64,000 bases of DNA from Eledone cirrhosa (lineage: Eukaryota). Under the pieces are notes generated by a model. That model made no database searches and was not told the origin of the DNA. It saw only the letters and a program-made list of their open reading frames with translations. The DNA is taken from positions 63,488,001 through 63,552,000 of the forward strand of contig OZ024747.1 in NCBI GenBank assembly GCA_964016885.1. Reading direction: 5' to 3'. Both the position numbers and the translations under genes were made by a program. Position 1 is the stretch's first letter, and the number at the start of each line of letters is the position of its first letter. Positions 56,456-64,000 of the stretch are shown here, in pieces.

Positions 56456-57480
56456 ATAATAATGAAAATTATTGTGTATAGTGCTCAGGTGTACTAAAGA
56501 TAATTAAGGGTGCATGTATAGTACATAGAATAATGTACAAATGTCAGGAAAGTGAACAGTGCAAGAGTCATGATATACACACAGGCACACATGTTCTGAT
56601 TCCCTTTTCCTTTCATGAGGCAGACAAATTCAAGTACCAGTCAAGTACTGAGGTCGATTTAATCAACTTTCTCCTGCTCCCATAATTGCTGGCCTAGTAC
56701 CTAAATTAGAAATCATTATTAAATTATTTTTTGGAACAAAACTTGACAAAAGATTCTTACATAAAATTGTTGGAAGGTTTTATTCTTTTTAAACGAGACA
56801 TTTTATATCATAGAACCAGAGTTGGTGTTGGATAATTTAGTATCAAACGAGTTAATTTAATTTGCCTTTGTTTCATTGTCTTTGTCATCTTTCAATATTG
56901 CTTGTAAAACAGATTGTACAACATTTCTTTCTGTTATTCAATATTTTTCAATGTGTTTACTGTTTAAAGTATTGTATCTTCACTATGCCAGCAGCTACCA
57001 TAAGATGAGAGATAATCTAAGACATTGTTTCATCATACATTCTTTACTGAAAGAAACAATACCAGTAATTACACAGAGACAAACTAGTAGACAGTAGATA
57101 AGACAGCTTGCTTTATTCCCTATAATAGTAAAATATTTAGACATTACTAAGTATCATAAAATATTTAGAGAGAGATTTATCATATAAAACATATAAAAAT
57201 AATTGTAATACAAGACAATATGGAGAAAAAAATGTTTTATTCTGTTAACGATACAATTATCAAGATTAATACTAGCAAAATGAAGACAGATATTGTAAAA
57301 AGTTTACTCAACATTTAATGAATAAAGTTTAATTCTTATTCACTGGATACTGGTGGGGTGTGGGGGCTGGAGCTTTTTTTTCTATATTTTTTTCCTATCA
57401 ATTTAACAACTAAATATTGATTTTGGTTAAAATTAATATCAGAAAGAGAGAATTAAAAGAGAGTATGTATGTATGTACAA

Positions 57481-57620
57481 GGCTGACCTCGGATTGCTGA
57501 AGCTTACAGAGGAGATGAAGAGTGACTGTGATAAGTGGAGAGATGCTGTACAGAAGAGAACCCATCCCACCCTTGTAAGCAGGGAAAAGCGGCTGTAAAA
57601 TGATAATGATGATGATGATT
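57481..57620 (+). mobile_element. RTE 3' end fragment related to the 7349 LINE
   Basis: gtggagagatgctgt...cccatcccacccttgtaagcagggaaaag...gtaaaa(tga)n. Confidence 0.75.
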
Positions 57621-58717
57621 GAATAATAGGATATCTATTGTGGGATGATGAAAGTGATTGAATGAAATGAGTGATGGAAATGAATGTGGAAGAAAATACA
57701 GGATGGGGAAGACCCAGAAAGAGATGACAAAAGATAGTGAAGTAGAAAATGAAATCCAGAGGTTAATATGTGGAGATGCAGATAATTGAACAAAATAGAG
57801 AAGGTTGCTATGGGGCCTACAAGACAAATGGCTTTAAAATTATTGTTGTTGTTGTATTAAATATAGAATCTACTCTGTCTATAGTTAAGTGTAAATGAAA
57901 AGGGCTGGCACCAGAAAGGAAATCTGGCCATAGAAAAGAAAACATGAAAAAGGAGTCCATGATGTGTTTTGAAGCTGTGATGGGGCCCCTGCAAAGCTAA
58001 CCTCTACTTTATAAAGGGAAGTTACCAGAAAATGCTTGTGTTTTTTGTGTCTGTCAATAGTTCAACTCTCATTATTATCTAAGCTGGTGGGTTCAGGCGG
58101 TAGATTGGCAAATTAAGTGAGCATCGGACAACATGCTTTGTGGCATATAATTACAGCCCTTTACATTCTGAGTTCAAATCCCACCAAGGTTAGCTTTGCT
58201 TTTCATCCTTATGGGGTCAATAAATAGAGTACCAGTAATACACTGGGACAATTTAATCAACTTTCCCCTGCCCTCCAAAATTATTGGCTTTGTGCCTAAA
58301 TCAGAAACCATTATTATCTAAGTTGATGCCGGCATGTAATGTGTGTATGGATGAGAACAGGGAAATACCATGAGTTGTAAAAGGAAGGAAGCCACAGAAG
58401 AGGAAACCAATCTTTCACATTGGTAAAACTCTTTTTAAAATCAAACGTTTTCATGACAATTTTGATTGCATCTTGAAATTAATTATCAAATCAATTAACT
58501 ATCATGTCATGTGTCAACTTTCAAATCTTTATTTCTACATATGGTTGTCAAATCTCAAATAGATATACTTCACAGATGAATATTCATAATATATCCAACT
58601 TTGCATAATTACATGACATGTCTAGAAATCTTTATCATATATCAAGTTGAGAAAAAAAAAAAAACTAGAATTATGTACATATATGTAGAACAACAACTAT
58701 ATATTTATATATATATA

Positions 58718-59125
58718 TTCATCATCATCATCCAGATTTTGATTATGCAGAACGCAATTAATCCCTAAGTAGGGGAGGGTCCTGCCTGAGAGTGCTCCTT
58801 AACGTCCCACTCCACGTCTTTCTGTCCTTTATCCAAGTCCTTCTTGGTCTTCCTGCAACAATTTGGAGGGATTTAGAAATATAACTAACACTCAGGATAC
58901 ATAATCTTTGTGTGTCCATTCCATGCCTCCCAGACCAGGTTGCAGGCCTATTGCCATGAGACCCAGGGATAGATTCTGAGCAAGATGGTTGGATAACATC
59001 TACAAGTTTGGCTGGTCTCACTTAGGGATCTAGCTGGATCAGTTGGAGATGGTTGCTTCTGACAGGAGCCATTGGAAGGAGTGTTTGAGGACTCTACTCT
59101 GATGACCCTCTTAAGAATAAGTGAT
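58718..59125. mobile_element. Two old RTE-like 3' fragments in opposite orientation
   Basis: Minus: GRPRRTWIKD...W then (GAT)n; plus: ARWLDNI...LEMVASDRSHWKECL. Confidence 0.55.
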
Positions 59126-59247
59126 TAAAGGGGGAGCAGGAGAACTAACTATCTCATTAATAATCAGCTGGGCCCATGTTGAGTAAATTTACTTGCATTT
59201 TATTGTATTGTGTAAACTTTACTGGCCGAAATTTAATGCATTATTAA

Positions 59248-59626
59248 ACCTTTAGCATTTTCATTACTCTATATTAACTATTGTATTTTCATAGTAAAGG
59301 CTTTATCTTGGTCGGACGCCATGCTTTGACGCATAGAGTCATGGCCCTTGCCATTCTGAGTTCAAATCTCGCCGAGGTTAACTTTGCCTTTTATTCTTAT
59401 GGGGGTCGATAAAATAAAGTACCAGTAATGCCCTGGGATAATTACTGACCTTGTGCCAATAGTAGAAACAATTATTATCTCACATAATATCGAATCTATT
59501 AGATTTTGATATTATTTATTTTGAGAACAATAACTTAATGTTGAATGAGCAACTAGTCACAGCCAGTTTGAACAGAAAGAGGTGAGAGAATTCTAACTGG
59601 ATTCGGCTTCTTCAAATGCTAAAGGG
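59248..59626. mobile_element. piggyBac-like (TTAA) MITE interrupted by a family A SINE (59309-59478)
   Basis: ttaa|acctttagcattt ... aaatgctaaaggg|ttaa; SINE flanked by ttatct; uninterrupted homologues at about 50487-50710 (-) and 35061-35220. Confidence 0.72.
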
Positions 59627-59806
59627 TTAAACCTCTATCTAATGATGGGAAGAGAACAAAGTTTCTAATATAAAATAATGATAGGGAGTTTTTAGTTAAA
59701 TATAAAAAATTCAACCATTTTGTTACTATATTTCTAATGAAAGATACTGCCTATGGTTTTTGAATAATTTTGAAAATAATAAAAGATTTGGAGGGACTTA
59801 GTAATA

Positions 59807-60262
59807 CAGTAGAACCTCAGAGTAAAAGTGTCCCATTGTATGAGTAATTTGCTATATGAGCTGAGGCTTGTGTGAATTTTTGTCTTGTAGTGCGAGTGGA
59901 AATTTGCAGTACGAGCGAGTTTCATAAAAGCGATCTCATTAGTTGGTGCTGAGCTCGCACACATTCTCCCAATAAGCACAGCCTCTGCTTGCTCAGTTCA
60001 CATGTTTATCTCGCTGTGGGAGCATTATTATTTTCCCAGTGTTTTCTTTTTTAGTTTTGTTTATTTTTTGCTATCATTTTTTTTAATAACTGCACCCTTT
60101 CTGTTTTAAAACCCATAAGAAATGATTTTTCGGTGCTTTCTTGGGTGGCTTATTTATATATTTTAATTAATTTCAATAGGGAACATTAATTTGTAAAACA
60201 AATAAATCATAAAACGAGCTCGGTCATAGAATGAATTAAACTCGTACTGCGAAGTATAACTG
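59807..60262. mobile_element. Tigger/pogo-like MITE
   Basis: ta|cagtagaacctcagagta ... tactgcgaagtataactg termini. Confidence 0.6.
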
Positions 60263-61340
60263 CATAAATAATTTTTCATAATTCAGTTGATTTTTGGAAC
60301 ATAATTAAAGAAATGGTCTTACATAAAATTTTAATGGAAATTTCTAATGTCCTTATGAGTATATTAAAATTAGAATTATTCTATCATAAAACCAGATGGG
60401 AATTATAGGTGATTTCACTCCAAAAGGATTAAAGAAATATTTTATTCTATTCAACATAAACCTAACTGGACTCAGCTGCTAAGATCTGAATGTCTTAGAC
60501 ACAGCAACAGCAACAAATGGGTGGAAAACCATCAACCTTACAGATATATTATAATGGTATAATGAAAATGATTGTGTACAGTACTCAGGTGCACCACAAC
60601 TCATTAAATGTGCATGTATAGTATATAGAATAATGTACAAATGTCAGGAAAGTGAACAGTGTATACGCATATCATGCCACACACACACATGCATCCATGT
60701 GTATGGAAGGGAAATATCAGGTGTAGTGTTGGAGAATTTCGGGAAGCAAGGATGTTTTAAAGGATGCAGTGTCTTGACAGCTAACAACTGATGCAGGTAG
60801 TTTGTTCCATGCTTCAGCCATCAGTGATTTGAGTAATGTCTTCTCCCCACCCTACTCTATGGGCCTAGTTACCTGTACTCAATAACTCATTTTTGTTTTT
60901 CTTTTTAATTATGTGCATAGAAATATTATGTTGAGTTTCAAAGTACATAGTTATGAAAATTGCTCCTTATTGTGTTTGTCATAAATTTAATGCTATGGTT
61001 TACGATGCTAATTGTTCAATTAGAAAAAAAAAAAAAAAATCAAAAATAAACAAGCTACCAATTCTTTCTTGCAGATAATAGAACTATAATTATGGTAAGG
61101 AATGTCATGTGTAACCATGAAACCATAATATAGCTAATACATACAGTGTATTATGTGGCTTCTGTAACAACTCTACTTCTTACAAGTGGCACTTAACTAG
61201 AAAACTTCAACACAAAATATAAACAGCTTAATTTTATGTAAAATGATCAATACAAATTAACTTGATGGTGTTGTAGTGGTGATAGTAGTAGCAGTAGTGT
61301 TGTTGGTGGTGGTGTTGGTGTATATATATATATATATATA

Positions 61341-61694
61341 TGTAAAAGGTATACAGAAATAACAACACAATCGGTACAGTATATGGAAGGGATATATTAG
61401 GTTAATGCTTGATATAGCAGGAAGAGAGTCTTAACGTTTCGGACGCTAGTCCTTCATCAGAAGAAAGAATGAGAAATAAGTGAGATTGAGGGGACGAGTG
61501 GGTTCGAATTGGAAAAAATGTCTTTAGATAAAAATAACAGGTCCATTCATGTTGACATCTCTTGCAAAACTGTTGGTGCTGGCATTTTGTGTATGATTTA
61601 TTTTTTAGAAAAGTGGATGATGGAGCGTGTCTACCTGAAATGGAAAAAAAAAACGTTTTGTAAAAAGAGCTATACTTGTGCACGTGCATAAGCA
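61341..61694 (-). mobile_element. Penelope-like terminal fragment with hammerhead (61429-61464), copy of 18490-18842
   Basis: Identical cttaacgtttcggacgctagtccttcatcagaaga core; abuts (TA)n. Confidence 0.78.
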
Positions 61695-61709
61695 TTAGCT
61701 CTAGACTTA

Positions 61710-62535
61710 AGTTGTATAGTATAGCATCCTAAAAGAGGTGGAGAAATGTTTAAGTTTGGATGCCATGGTCTGATACAGAACTCACTGAACTTTTTGTGTC
61801 GATCTGGAACTCTGGATCCATCCTGCAACAAATTAAGGATTCCATAATTATTTGTCTGTACAAATGCAAAGGCAATAAGTGAAAATGTGACAACCACCAA
61901 GGAATATCATTACTTTACACTGCAGAAAATATCCTTGCACGAGTCATGCTGAATAGGATCAATGAAAACTGAGTGCTTAATATTTACCCAGAAAGTCAAT
62001 GGGGCTTTAGGTCAGGCTGTGGGACTGTAGAGATCATCTTCAGTTTGTGACAGGTACAGAAAAAGGCTCGTGAGCATGACAAAGACTTGGATGTAGTCTT
62101 TGTTGATCTCATAAAAGCCTTTGAAACCATATCATGTGAGGCATTATGGAAGGTTCTGAAAAAGTTAGGTGTTTCTGTGCAAATGGTCAAAGTCTTTATA
62201 TCCTTACATAAAGACATGAACGCCTTTGTATACTCTAATGGTGAACATTCATAGTCATTTGATGTGAAAAATGGTACAAAACAAGGACATGTATTGGCCC
62301 TAGTGCCCTTGCCTTATTCTTCTCAATAATGCTTCAATATGGTTTCTCAGTCATTATTGAAGGTGTTATATTGGAATACCAAACTATAGGAGGCATCTTC
62401 ATTCAACAAAACTTCAAACCAAGAACTATAGAATAACATATCAAACGTTTTGCAATTTGCTCTTTGCATTTGACTGTGCATTACTTGTACACTCTTTATA
62501 AGACTTGTAATTCATTGTTGTTAAGTTTGCTCCAC
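61710..62535 (+). pseudogene. Degraded RTE/BovB-like reverse transcriptase fragment
   Basis: LYKCKGNK*KCDNHQGISLL, ILARVMLNR, YPESQWGFRSG, VFVDLIKAFETI, NGTKQGHVLA, with several stops. Confidence 0.85.
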
Positions 62536-62553
62536 CAACCTACCCACCATATA

Positions 62554-62606
<53 letters not shown>

Positions 62607-63704
62607 ACATGTATGTGTATATATATAATCTCAATAAATATCATGGCATTCCTGATAGTTTTAACATTTTCAAACATATCATAAATACATTCTTACAAGC
62701 TAGTTCTCTAAAATTAATTTATATCCAGAAATGTATAATACACAATCTTTTACATGCTATCTCTAAGTTAATAAATATAAATTGTATAGATTTGAATTTC
62801 ATTAAGTATCTCTCATATAAGTTTTATTATTGCTAACTTGATAACGATTCAAATGAATCTTCAGGCATTTTCGAGAAAAGTTTCACGAAAGTCATTGAAT
62901 AAACTGGCTGCCAAATTAAGTCTTATAAGTCTGAGATTTTATAACCCAGTTTGATGTTTATAGCATGCAATGTGCTGCAATTAATGCATTGCACTGTCTA
63001 GATTGCAAATATTTTACAGTTGCAGTTAATTCCCGAATGGAAGTTCATTGCAGAGAAATTCTAACTTTTTACACTCTTCCAACAGATGTCCTCTTCATCC
63101 AAATTAAAGAGAAAAATGTCTCTCTCTTTCTCTCTCTATCTCTCCTCCTCTCTTTCTCCATCCTCCATCTCTCTCTTTACCTCACATCTCTGTATCTCAT
63201 TCTCTCTCTCTCTATATATATATCACTCTTTGTCTATCTATGTATCTATCCCACTCTCCTCTTTCTCTCTCTCTTCCAATCTATATCCCTCACTTCTCTC
63301 CTCTCTCTCTCTCTCTCTTACAATCTATATCCCTCTCTTCTCTCTTTTCTACTCTCTCTCTCTTTATACCAATATTATTGCTCTAAATGGGAAACTAAAA
63401 TCTAATGAGACAAACATAAATATTCAATTTTATTATTATCCAACTTGAAATTTCATTATCTCAGTTTTACAGAATTCTAGAATTATTTATTTCAGTGCAT
63501 ACAACCTAGTTGAGGATTCCATATTGTCACTCTTTTGCTTCTAACTTTATATAAACACATCTTTCACACTTTATTAACAGATTTTTAAACACTTAAATTT
63601 ACAATCTGAAATGTGAGTGTCCTAACAGAAATGACCAAAATAGTAGTTGATCAATAATGATAATACTTGTCACTGTTTTGCTTCTGAATTTCTATAAACA
63701 CTGG

Positions 63705-63937
63705 GATTTGCTCTGTGATCTTGAGCAAGACACTTTACTGCATGTTGCTCTAGTTTACTCAGCTGTAGAGATGAGTTGCAACGTCACTGGTGCCAAGCTA
63801 TATAGGTCATTGCCTTTCCCTTGGACATCGGTGGCATGGTATGCTTGGGTGACAACCTTGCCCAGGCATGTGCCTCGTAGGGGAACTTTCTAGGTGCAAA
63901 TCCCATGGTCATTCATAACCGAAGGGGTTCTTTACCC
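63705..63937 (+). mobile_element. 5'-truncated SINE family B variant
   Basis: cttgagcaagacact core; 3' half homologous to 13110-13330. Confidence 0.75.
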
Positions 63938-64000
63938 TTTAAACACTTAAATTTACAATTTGAAATGTGAGTGTCCTAACACAAATGACCATATTAGTAG

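Overview
AT-rich, microsatellite-dense animal genomic DNA. The SINE/LINE repertoire and (TA)n/(CA)n/(ATT)n/(CAT)n load look like a coleoid cephalopod (octopus-like); this is an inference. The window appears intronic/intergenic: no intact host gene is visible, only one good candidate internal exon (39153-39230, +) and weaker 5'-exon candidates. Most ORF-track entries are microsatellite translations. Real coding remnants are all retroelements: a near full-length but disrupted RTE-clade LINE (7349-10577, -, APE + RT + PHD-like finger), stacked Dong/R4-like RT + restriction-like-endonuclease elements in (TAA)n (52805-56455 +, 25145-25790 -), a Tx1/L1-like 3' end in (ATT)n, and older RTE and CR1 fragments. 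Also present are several SINE families, hAT, Tc1/mariner, Tigger and piggyBac-like MITEs, and minisatellites. The most striking signal is a set of about ten unrelated fold-back (palindromic) mini-elements sitting in (TA)n/(CA)n tracts. Many carry hammerhead-ribozyme cores (CUGANGA...GAAA...NUH) at or near the fold-back point, three families show an unusual U.U closing of stem II, and two families share a TTGAG(T/C)AC motif in the unpaired 3' tail. They are most simply read as Penelope-like element termini. Coordinates of degraded repeats are approximate.
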